Source: Candidatus Babeliales bacterium
Lineage (GTDB): Bacteria > Babelota > Babeliae > Babelales > JANWKD01
Reading direction: 5' to 3'
NCBI GenBank assembly: GCA_963722075.1
Contig: CAVRJM010000001.1
Coordinates: 981,898-1,045,897, forward strand
DNA: 64,000 nucleotides
In this document: piece after piece, positions 29,065 through 37,112 of the stretch
Numbering within the stretch: position 1 is the first letter of the stretch
Layout of the letters: every line of letters begins with the position of its first letter
The notes under the pieces: generated by a model
What the model saw: the letters and a program-made list of their open reading frames with translations, nothing else
Database searches by the model: none
Told to the model about the DNA's origin: nothing
Translations under genes and position numbers: made by a program

Positions 29065-30687
29065 ATGAACAAAAAACTGCTCAAGGTCAGTTTACTTGCG
29101 CTGGGGGCTGTCTTTATGCCTGCCATTAATGGCGCAAGCGTAATAGATGACACCGGAGACAATGGCAAATATAATGGCGACGTAAGTGGCCATACCTTCT
29201 TATCAGTTCGTCCTCAATTTCAAAGCGGTATGCCAGAAAAAGAATCACTCTGGCGCAGAAGAGCAACCCCTGGCCCATGTGGTTTAGGTCGTGATTGCGG
29301 ATGGGGTGGCGCAGTTCAAGTAGTTGGTTTTGGTGGCCAATCCAATAAATCAGCACGTCTTGGCGAATTCTTCATGTATGGTGGTTCTAATCAACTCTTT
29401 GTAAGTTCAAATCAAGAACTATTCCCTCAAATAGATCCTGCTAACTTTGGTCTTTTTGCTGTTACTCCTGACACTCAATATAGCAGTACTATCCAATTTA
29501 ATCCACGTGAAAGCGATGGTGGTGTTGGTTTTGAATGGCGTCAATATTTAGGATGCGTTTCTGAATGCGCAGGCAACTGGTGGTTTGACATCTCATTCCC
29601 GGTAGTACAAATAAGCAACCGCGTTACCCTAACAGAATTAAATAGAACTGTTTCAGGGGCCGGTGATTTTGAAGCCGGAAGCGCTACCAGTATGATCCAA
29701 GCATTCCAAGGCACTGTCCCTTTTGATTTTCTTAATCCAGAAGGAAGTCATTCAGTTGGGCCTATGCTCTATGGCCTTATTCCAAGCCCTACCGGTTATT
29801 TAAGAAAATCGGGCGTTGCTGATCTTGAACTTAAAATTGGCTATGATGCATTATGCACTGAGTGCTGTTTCATTAATGGCTATGTAGGTGTGTTAGTACC
29901 AACGGGCAACAGACCTAAAGCAAAATACATTTTTGAACCAATTGTTGGTCATAACCATCACGTAGGATTCCTCTTTGGTAGTGCTATGTTCTATGATTGT
30001 TGGTCAGATTGCGATAGAAACTTAACCTGGGAAGTTGCATTTGATAGCAGATACTTATTCAGTGGGCATGAAACCCGTTCATTTGATTTAAAATATCGTC
30101 CATGGAGCCGTTACCTCTTAGTATACGCAAGCGCTGCTGATGCCGTTGCAGGTATAGTATCTCCTGGTATCAACTACTTCACGCAAGAATTTAAAGTTAC
30201 GCCACGCTTCTATACCACAATAGATACTTCCCTCGTATATACTTCAATGTGCGGACTTCAAGCGCAAGTTGGTTGGAACTTCTGGGCACGCGAATCAGAA
30301 AAACTTAAACTCAAAAATCCATTCCCTAATGGTATAGCAGTTGCAGCATTAAATTCAGGAAACGAACAACTGCCAAATGCAACCAACCTCTTAAGTAATA
30401 TTGGTAATAATAATGGTTGTGCGACGCCTGGTGTAATATGTACCGGCCAAGTTTCTCTTCCAACCGTTTATGGTATATCAACCACTCTTAACTCCTCAAA
30501 CATTGATTTTGCATCCGCAACAAACCCTGCAGTTATTTCTAATATAATTTATGGTACGGTTGGCTATGACTTTGATATTTGCTGTTATCCTACGTTTGCT
30601 GCTGTTGGTGGTTCATATGAATTCCCAGCAGTTAATACAGCGCTTACTCGTTGGAAAGTTTGGGGTAAGGTAGGTATTTCATTCTAA
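29065..30687 (+). CDS. Outer-membrane beta-barrel protein (porin/MOMP-like), family copy 1
   Basis: Signal peptide and strong SD AAAGGAG. Alternating beta-strand pattern with a terminal aromatic residue (WKVWGKVGISF). Paralogous to 59485..60996 and to the fragment at 32262..32558. Confidence 0.7.
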   Translation: MNKKLLKVSLLALGAVFMPAINGASVIDDTGDNGKYNGDVSGHTFLSVRPQFQSGMPEKESLWRRRATPGPCGLGRDCGWGGAVQVVGFGGQSNKSARLGEFFMYGGSNQLFVSSNQELFPQIDPANFGLFAVTPDTQYSSTIQFNPRESDGGVGFEWRQYLGCVSECAGNWWFDISFPVVQISNRVTLTELNRTVSGAGDFEAGSATSMIQAFQGTVPFDFLNPEGSHSVGPMLYGLIPSPTGYLRKSGVADLELKIGYDALCTECCFINGYVGVLVPTGNRPKAKYIFEPIVGHNHHVGFLFGSAMFYDCWSDCDRNLTWEVAFDSRYLFSGHETRSFDLKYRPWSRYLLVYASAADAVAGIVSPGINYFTQEFKVTPRFYTTIDTSLVYTSMCGLQAQVGWNFWARESEKLKLKNPFPNGIAVAALNSGNEQLPNATNLLSNIGNNNGCATPGVICTGQVSLPTVYGISTTLNSSNIDFASATNPAVISNIIYGTVGYDFDICCYPTFAAVGGSYEFPAVNTALTRWKVWGKVGISF

Positions 30688-30707
30688 TATAAAAAGGAAT
30701 ATAAATT

Positions 30708-31139
30708 ATGAAATTCAAAATTACGGTTATTACCCTAGCAATGTTGTTCTCTATTGAGTGCTGGGCAATGTCACGTACGGAACGTCTTAAGCAAGCTGCT
30801 GAACGAGCAGGATTAGCAGCACCGGGAGCACAAGCAGGACCTTCTCAACCAAGCGCAGAAGCAAAACGCAAAGCAGCAGCAGATGCCGAAGCAAAACGCA
30901 AAGCAGATGAAGCTAGACGCAAAAGAAAAGGCAAAGAAAAAGAGACAGAAAAAAAACCTTGGGAAGAAATAGGTCAACCTGAGGTAGATGAAAACCCACT
31001 ATTCAAATTAGTTGACGACATAACTGATTTAAGAGATTCAGCAATTGAAGCAGCTAGAAAAGCAAGACAAGATGACAAAATCTCTACAGAACTTTATAAC
31101 CGTGTATATGCAGGAGTAGGCAAAAGCGTAGTTGACTAA
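30708..31139 (+). CDS. Secreted Lys/Ala-rich protein of unknown function, co-oriented 20 nt after the OMP gene
   Basis: Signal peptide and SD AAAGGAA. Internal AEAKRKA repeat. Followed by a terminator. Confidence 0.6.
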   Translation: MKFKITVITLAMLFSIECWAMSRTERLKQAAERAGLAAPGAQAGPSQPSAEAKRKAAADAEAKRKADEARRKRKGKEKETEKKPWEEIGQPEVDENPLFKLVDDITDLRDSAIEAARKARQDDKISTELYNRVYAGVGKSVVD

Positions 31140-31160
31140 AACATCTAGCAAATATCTAAA

Positions 31161-31197
31161 AAGGGCCCGGAAAATTTATTCCGAGCCCTTTTTTATT
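31161..31197 (+). terminator. Rho-independent terminator
   Basis: aagggcccgg / ccgagccctt stem (1 mismatch) with a 10-nt loop, followed by ttttatt. Confidence 0.75.
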
Positions 31198-31279
31198 TCA
31201 ATAAATTATTGAAGCAAATATTCATCTATGTTTAAAATAATACGGTAACTTATTCAACACCTTCAAAAAGGAGTATGTA

Positions 31280-32259
31280 TAGCACTAATCACTTGTTAAC
31301 CCCCAAAAGTAGTAATAGCAGCTGCATAAAGATCATGATTTGAAAGCTGAAGATTTTTTTAATTTTATGTTTGATAGCTTGCCAGTGATGTTCGATAGGA
31401 TTTAAATCAGGAGAATAAGGTGGCAAATAAAGCAATTTGCAATGAGCTTGCTGAAGTATTTTTGCAATAGAACCACCTTTGTGAAATGCAGCATTATCAA
31501 GGACTAAAACTTGATTAGGGCGAAGATTTGAAAGAATACCTTGCTTAAAAATAAGTTTCAAAAATATCCCGATTACAGGGACCTTCAAAAACAAATGGAG
31601 CAATAAAGCAATTTTGGCTTAATGATCCTATTATATTAAGACGATTTGATCGTACAGCATTCTTCATAGCAAAAAGCCGTTCACCTTCTGGGGCCCAGCC
31701 ATAATCATAAGTTTCATTATCATCTATTCCTGCTTCATCAAGATAAATAATATCTTCAATTTTATATTGTGCTATTTCTTGTTTAAAGTCTTGTCTTTTT
31801 TCTTCATCACGTTCTTTATATCCATAAGTTTTTTTTTACGAGTAAAATTTATTTTTTTCAGGGATCTTCCTATAGAACTTGTAGATCCTGATCCCCATAA
31901 CTCTGCCATTTCTCCTGTTGTTTTATCTGAGTAAGTCTGTGCAAAAATTTTGAATTCTTCCCAATCACTAACAATAGGTTTTGATCCGCCTTTAAAAATT
32001 ATTGGAGGTTGTTTTACTGACCCTGTGCTTTTTCTTAACTTTCTCCATGTTGATAATGTTTTTCTATTTATGCCTAATACTTCCGCAATTTTCGTATAGG
32101 ACATCTTCCCTTCATCCACAAGTTCCATTGCTCTTTTACGTAAATCATCACTATAAATTAAGGGCATTTTCTTTCCTTTTTACTTCATTTACTTAATGCT
32201 CTTAATTTGCCTTATTTTTTATCATTTTCAAGTTGATACCTTGCAAACGTTTAATGCTA
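31280..32259 (-). mobile_element. IS630/Tc1-mariner-family insertion sequence (~980 bp) with TA target duplication
   Basis: Ends tagcactaa... and ...ttaatgcta are inverted (one mismatch in the outer ~9-11 bp), each flanked by TA (31278-79 and 32260-61). It encodes an HTH plus DDE transposase. Confidence 0.75.
31289..32167 (-). pseudogene. IS630-family transposase, split into three frame segments
   Basis: N-terminal HTH (SYTKIAEVLGINRKTLSTWRK). Middle segment in the -1 frame (YLDEAGIDDNETYDYGWAPEGER). C-terminal DNAAFHK...PPYSPDLNPIEHHW. The first shift is at an A9 run (about 31832-31840) and could be programmed -1 slippage. The second shift is at a T-run near 31560-31570. Confidence 0.7.
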
Positions 32260-32261
32260 TA

Positions 32262-32558
32262 AGTAATATTGGTAATAATGCTGCATGTACTTCAGTTTCT
32301 CCTACCTCTCCTGCTGATTGTTCAAGCACTACACAAGCTACTTACCCTGTTGGTACAATTACTGCTGCTGATATTGATTTTGCTTCTGTAGCAAATCCTG
32401 CAGTTATTTCTAATATTATTTACGGTACTGTTGGCTATGACTTTGATGTTTGTAGCTATCCAATTTTTGCCGCGGTTGGTGGATCATATGAATTCCCTGA
32501 TATTAATACCGCACTTACTCGTTGGAAAGTATGGGGTAAAGTAGGAGTTTCATTCTGA
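32262..32558 (+). pseudogene. 3' remnant of an OMP paralogue (last ~98 codons only)
   Basis: SNIGNN...NPAVISNIIYGTVGYDFDVCSYPIFAAVGGSYEFPDINTALTRWKVWGKVGVSF aligns with the C-terminus of 29065..30687. The paralogue's SD and ATG survive at 31262-31277 on the other side of the IS. Confidence 0.8.
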
Positions 32559-32569
32559 CATCGTAAGAT

Positions 32570-32603
32570 GTCATCCTGAGGTCTTTAGGCCGTAAGGATC
32601 CAG
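32570..32603. repeat. GGATCC-type repeat unit
   Basis: gtcatcctgaggtctttaggccgtaaggatccag followed by taataaaataaaataat. Confidence 0.75.
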
Positions 32604-32628
32604 TAATAAAATAAAATAATATATCGCA

Positions 32629-32668
32629 GAAAACAGGCTTGAATAATTTCAAGCCTGTTTTCTTATTA
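32629..32668 (+). terminator. Rho-independent terminator
   Basis: gaaaacaggctt / aagcctgttttc 12-bp stem with a 10-nt loop and T-rich tail. It lies inside the track's TTG-extended galE ORF. Confidence 0.7.
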
Positions 32669-32710
32669 ATAAATTTTTTATACTGTAACTCAAAAATAAT
32701 AAGGAGTTAC

Positions 32711-33721
32711 ATGATAAAGCAACCCGCAGTGTTAATTACCGGCGGAGCCGGTTATATAGGCTCTCATATTGCATATCTGTGCGCGCAACACAATTATAAA
32801 ATAATTATTATTGATCTTTTTATCCACAATCAATATTTTAATCCTAGCTGGGCAACTATTTTTAAGGGGGATTTTTCAGATAAAAAACTACTCACCGATA
32901 TTTCCTCACAATACGATATTAAAGCCGTAATTCATTGTGCTGCTTTTATTGAAGTAGGACAATCTGTAACCAACCCCAGCAGTTATTATGAAAATAATGT
33001 TGCTAAAACATTAGTGCTATTACAAACCATGATTGAACATGGTATTAAAAAAATAGTCTTTTCTTCTAGTTGCGCCGTATATGGCAATCCTGAATTTTTA
33101 CCGCTCGTTGAAGATCATCCAAAAAAACCAATTAGCCCCTACGGCAAAACTAAATTAATGGTTGAAATGATACTTAATGATTTTCAACAAGCTTATGGTC
33201 TTGAATATGTCTGTTTACGCTATTTTAACGCCGCAGGAGCACTACCAGAAGAAGGGTTAGGCGAGCAACATATCCCTGAAAGTCATCTGATACCAAGAAT
33301 CTTAGATGCTGCTTTAAAACAAACACCTTTTACTATTTTTGGTAATGACTATGAAACTAAGGATGGTACTGCTATTCGTGATTATGTACATGTACTGGAT
33401 ATTGCGCAAGCACATCTGCTTGCTTTGCATCATTTAGATGCGCGTAAGCCATCTGATTGTTTTAATTTAGGTACGGGCTATGGGTTTTCTATAAAAGAGA
33501 TTATTGAAGTGGTAGAAAAGGTATGCCATATAAAAATAAAATCAATACCCGAAAAAAGAAGAGCTGGTGATCCAGCAATTTTAGTTGCCGATCCCTTGCG
33601 CGTAGAAACTATTTTAGGATGGAAAAGAAATTACAGTCAACTAGAGTATATAATTAAATCAGCGTATACATTTGAAATATATAAAAACAATCAACTTAAA
33701 GAAAAAATTTTAGAATTATAG
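32711..33721 (+). CDS. galE: UDP-glucose 4-epimerase
   Basis: VLITGGAGYIGSH, SSSCAVYG and YGKTK (YxxxK). Start set at the ATG preceded by AAGGAG (32701-32706) rather than the TTG at 32639. Confidence 0.9.
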   Translation: MIKQPAVLITGGAGYIGSHIAYLCAQHNYKIIIIDLFIHNQYFNPSWATIFKGDFSDKKLLTDISSQYDIKAVIHCAAFIEVGQSVTNPSSYYENNVAKTLVLLQTMIEHGIKKIVFSSSCAVYGNPEFLPLVEDHPKKPISPYGKTKLMVEMILNDFQQAYGLEYVCLRYFNAAGALPEEGLGEQHIPESHLIPRILDAALKQTPFTIFGNDYETKDGTAIRDYVHVLDIAQAHLLALHHLDARKPSDCFNLGTGYGFSIKEIIEVVEKVCHIKIKSIPEKRRAGDPAILVADPLRVETILGWKRNYSQLEYIIKSAYTFEIYKNNQLKEKILEL

Positions 33722-33730
33722 TAATAAAAA

Positions 33731-33769
33731 ATGAATGCCTACAAAGAATAATTCTTTGTAGGCATTCAT
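33731..33769. terminator. Bidirectional hairpin terminator between convergent genes
   Basis: Perfect 18-bp stem atgaatgcctacaaagaa / ttctttgtaggcattcat with a 3-nt loop. Confidence 0.65.
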
Positions 33770-33794
33770 ATAACATTTAGTCTAATAATTTAAT

Positions 33795-34697
33795 TTATTT
33801 TTTTATTAAATTATTAAAGTATCTTACAAATGCTAGTCTTTGCTTACGTAATTCAGCTTCTGCTGCTTCTTTGTTCCGTTCTGTTGCCTTTAGAAAAGCG
33901 GTAACTGCTGCATAAAGATCTTGACAAAGCTTATGAGCATCTTTTGATTTATTTTGTAATCTGCTCATTAATAAGGCAATATTTGTTTCAAATGTATCTT
34001 TATCTATGTTAATTTCATTATCATTATTTTGTGTAATTGCCATAGAAGCTGCTTTAGCCTGTTCAATTATTTCTGCTTCTTCTTTGCTAAATTTGTTGCC
34101 TTTAAGCATTTTATAACCTAATGTACCTGCAACTGCAGTAGTTAAAACACCACCAGTTATTGCTGCTGCTTTCTTAGTAACATATGGAGCAACAAAGTTA
34201 TATGCTTGAGACGCGTAACCAGTTGCGTAAGCACCATATCCTAATCCTACTAAAGCACCTAAGCCAACGCCGTATTTACCTAGCTTTTTAGCTGTTTGAT
34301 ACTTAGAAGATGCTGCTGGTGTATTCTTCTTAGCTTTTTTTGCATCTTTCTTTTTTTCTACTGGAGCTTGTGCTGGTTTTTTGTATCTTTGATACAATTT
34401 ATACCCACCAAAAGTAACAGCAGGAACTGCTACCGCTGCGGCAATACCGGCAACATAAGGATGGTTTTTTACTACATCAGGCGTAAAAGCTGACGCTTTT
34501 GATGCACCGTATGACCAAGCACCTTTAACAGCATCTAATGCCATTTCACGGTAATTCTTAACCGCTTCTTTAACCGGTTCTTGTAAATGTAACTGAACAA
34601 AAGATCCAGTATCACTTTCCATTGCAGCTGATTGAGCAACAACAGACGCTGCTGCAACGAGCAACAACATTGATTTATTTAATTTTGAGATGTTCAT
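33795..34697 (-). CDS. Signal-peptide membrane protein, Lys-rich and Gly-zipper segments (HPYxAGIA family)
   Basis: Start set at the second ATG, 8 nt after GGAGG. Signal peptide, TM segment NHPYVAGIAAAVAVPAVTFGGYKLY, KKKDAKKAKK tract, and the glycine-rich hydrophobic stretch GVGLGALVGLGYGAYATG. Confidence 0.6.
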   Translation of the reverse strand: MNISKLNKSMLLLVAAASVVAQSAAMESDTGSFVQLHLQEPVKEAVKNYREMALDAVKGAWSYGASKASAFTPDVVKNHPYVAGIAAAVAVPAVTFGGYKLYQRYKKPAQAPVEKKKDAKKAKKNTPAASSKYQTAKKLGKYGVGLGALVGLGYGAYATGYASQAYNFVAPYVTKKAAAITGGVLTTAVAGTLGYKMLKGNKFSKEEAEIIEQAKAASMAITQNNDNEINIDKDTFETNIALLMSRLQNKSKDAHKLCQDLYAAVTAFLKATERNKEAAEAELRKQRLAFVRYFNNLIKK

Positions 34698-34752
34698 TCG
34701 AACGTCCTCCATTTAGGTTTGTAATATGAACAAACGATACCATTCACTTTCC

Positions 34753-34780
34753 ATGGTACCATAAATAACAAGTTTGTCAA
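34753..34780 (-). promoter_or_regulatory. Candidate sigma70-type promoter for 33795..34697
   Basis: On the minus strand: TTGACA, 16 nt ending in TGg, then TACCAT (extended -10 like). Confidence 0.4.
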
Positions 34781-34967
34781 AAAACGCTTTTGTTGTTTAT
34801 AATATCATTTCAATTTTAAATATGCTTGAACACATATTTACCGTAAACAGCTCATTTCAATTATAAATTTACCTCAAATAAAAATTTTGTCAATAATTTA
34901 TATTAATTTATTATCCAAATAGATAATTAACAACAAAACTATTACAATGTTTTCTATTTGAAATTAT

Positions 34968-35225
34968 TTAGTTATTCTCTTCTTGATTTACTTCTGTAGC
35001 TTCTTCTTGAACCACTACTGGCTCTTCTTCCACTACCGCTGATTCTTCTTGAGCTGGGGTAGCATTTTCTTCTTCTTGTGCATTCATTTTATTGAGTAAT
35101 AGCTCTTGTATAGCTTGCATTTTGTCATCTATTGTAGCTGAATCATCTTCAGCGTATGCTAAGCCCGCTACAGAAGCGATTACCATTATAGATAAAGAAA
35201 GGATATGAAATTGTTTTAATTCCAT
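34968..35225 (-). CDS. Small secreted acidic protein
   Basis: 85 aa with a signal peptide, GGAGG SD and an E/V/Q-rich tail. Confidence 0.55.
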   Translation of the reverse strand: MELKQFHILSLSIMVIASVAGLAYAEDDSATIDDKMQAIQELLLNKMNAQEEENATPAQEESAVVEEEPVVVQEEATEVNQEENN

Positions 35226-35312
35226 GTAAATAACCTCCGTTTAATAGTTGATATATAAGGAAGGCCTAAGGGTTTAACTTAGGCCTTTAATTTTACTATA
35301 TAGTATTTTCGA

Positions 35313-36125
35313 TTAAGCCGCAACCGGCATAACCACAGGAGGAATAGGATACCACTCGTGCTTTGTAGCCTGATTACTAAAGTAATACAGCCATACTGCA
35401 GCTGGAATAAGGGTTACCAAACCAGCTTTTACTAGTGACGGAACATCGTTTTTAACCTTTTCATAAAGCCAATGCTTTTGTACCGTTTCAGGGGCATATT
35501 TATAGAGAAGCGTAATAACGGCTGGAATGGCTAAAGTAAGAGCCGTAAAAGCTTTATGGTCATTACCAAAGGTTACCATATCAGATCCCATGATTCTTGC
35601 TTTTGTCCAGCTATTAGCTGCTGAATTACGCATCGTGGTTAAATAACCTTTGATACCTTCTGCTTTTGCCACTGGATTAGTTGCATTTGCATTAGATGCA
35701 GGAGCTGACTCATTAGCTGGAGCTTGGCTTTCAGCTTTATTAATTGATGATTCAGAAGGCTCGAGCGCTATAATTGGTTCAACTGTGTCGATCGCTGGCT
35801 GAGTTGTTTGATCAGAAGCAACTGAATTTTCAGCTACAACTGCCTTTTGAACTTCCGGCTCAGTTACTGATTGTGCAACTGGTATTTCAACGCCGAGCAC
35901 ATTGTGAACTTCTTGTGCCGGCTCAGTGATTGCTTGAGCTTCTTGTGGTACCGATACTTGCTCTGCAACTTCACTTACTGCTTTAGATGCAGAAGTATCA
36001 ACTTGTGCAACTTCTGGGTCAATAGCATATTGAAGATTTTCATCTTCCATTGCTTGTGCCAAGCTGGTGGTGATAAGAAATAAACCTATAGTAATTTTTG
36101 TACGCGATGCATATAATGCCTGCAT
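35313..36125 (-). CDS. Signal-peptide membrane protein with low-complexity A/E/Q/V/P region
   Basis: 270 aa, SD GAGGA and a signal peptide. C-terminal TM segments (NDHKAFTALTLAIPAVITLLYKY; LVTLIPAAVWLYYF). Confidence 0.6.
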   Translation of the reverse strand: MQALYASRTKITIGLFLITTSLAQAMEDENLQYAIDPEVAQVDTSASKAVSEVAEQVSVPQEAQAITEPAQEVHNVLGVEIPVAQSVTEPEVQKAVVAENSVASDQTTQPAIDTVEPIIALEPSESSINKAESQAPANESAPASNANATNPVAKAEGIKGYLTTMRNSAANSWTKARIMGSDMVTFGNDHKAFTALTLAIPAVITLLYKYAPETVQKHWLYEKVKNDVPSLVKAGLVTLIPAAVWLYYFSNQATKHEWYPIPPVVMPVAA

Positions 36126-36170
36126 AGAAATCCTCGTTTTTGATGATGGAATTATTAGTCTAATAGCATA

Positions 36171-36198
36171 TTTTAATTAGAACACTAAAATTGTCAAT
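36171..36198 (-). promoter_or_regulatory. Candidate sigma70-type promoter for 35313..36125
   Basis: On the minus strand: TTGACA, 16 nt, then TAAAAT. Confidence 0.5.
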
Positions 36199-36325
36199 AA
36201 AACTATTTTTTCACATCAGATAATTTTCTAATGAATTATTTATTGAATCAATACCATCAAAAACGAAGAAATAGGCTTATATTTAATCTAAATTATAAAT
36301 TAAGATTATGAACAGGAATATTAAA

Positions 36326-37030
36326 TTATTTTAAATGATTAGCCGTATCATTAATAGAGGTAAAAACCTTTTCTCTCAATTCATCAATCGACGGCAGATC
36401 AATTGATTCCATAAGATATTTTTGATTATAATTTTTAATATTATCGTCTAAATTACTTAAATCGATATTAATGTTATAAATCAAATCATTTAATGGAAAA
36501 TTAAGCAACTTGCCAAAAATTTTGTTTAAATCTTCGATTAATGCTCCAGAGACTTCGAGATTCTTATTAACTATATTTTTAATCATAGCCAACACATCCT
36601 CAATTTCTTCTTTAAGCATATCAAAAGATGGCTGTTTCTTTTGCTCCTCGAAAACGTTGTCGCCTTCTTTTTCTTTGCCTACTTGTTCGTCTGAAGGCAG
36701 CTCTTCTTCTTCATTACCTACTTCTTCATCTGAAGCCAGTTCTTCATCTTCATTGCTTGATTGCATAGATTTAATTCTCTGCTTTTCTGCTTTATAACCT
36801 AAATATGCACCAGAGCAAACAACAGGAATAAATGCAATTCCAGCAACAATATAAGGATGATCTTTTATTATTTGTGAAATATACGAGAGAGAACCAGTTA
36901 AATTATCTAAAACGGTTGATTTAACAGAAGAAAAATAAGAGCAATAAGCTGCGGGCTGAAACGCCATACAGAGCGCCAAAGCAAGGACACTCTTTTTTAA
37001 AACTTTTCCATTTGTAACATTAGTAAACAT
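36326..37030 (-). CDS. Signal-peptide membrane protein with acidic tandem repeat (HPYxAGIA family)
   Basis: Start set at the ATG 5 nt after GGAGG. TM segment KDHPYIVAGIAFIPVVCSGAYLGYK. Two copies of a 39-bp repeat (36675-36752) encode EELxSDExVGxE. Confidence 0.6.
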   Translation of the reverse strand: MFTNVTNGKVLKKSVLALALCMAFQPAAYCSYFSSVKSTVLDNLTGSLSYISQIIKDHPYIVAGIAFIPVVCSGAYLGYKAEKQRIKSMQSSNEDEELASDEEVGNEEEELPSDEQVGKEKEGDNVFEEQKKQPSFDMLKEEIEDVLAMIKNIVNKNLEVSGALIEDLNKIFGKLLNFPLNDLIYNINIDLSNLDDNIKNYNQKYLMESIDLPSIDELREKVFTSINDTANHLK

Positions 37031-37112
37031 TGTAACCTCCATAATTAATATCTACAACATAAACAGCGTATCATTAATCTCAAAATAACGCAAATAGGGT
37101 TATTTTAAAATT

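Noticed and set aside
30380-32558. The duplicated OMP C-terminus considered as a DGR template/variable repeat pair
   Set aside because: No reverse transcriptase is nearby. Differences between the copies involve all four bases and are mostly third-position changes, not adenine-specific. Simple paralogy plus IS disruption explains it.
32639-32710. TTG-initiated N-terminal extension of galE in the ORF track
   Set aside because: The extension spans a terminator hairpin (32629-32668) and is hydrophobic nonsense. An ATG with a perfect AAGGAG SD at 32711 starts exactly at the conserved Rossmann strand.
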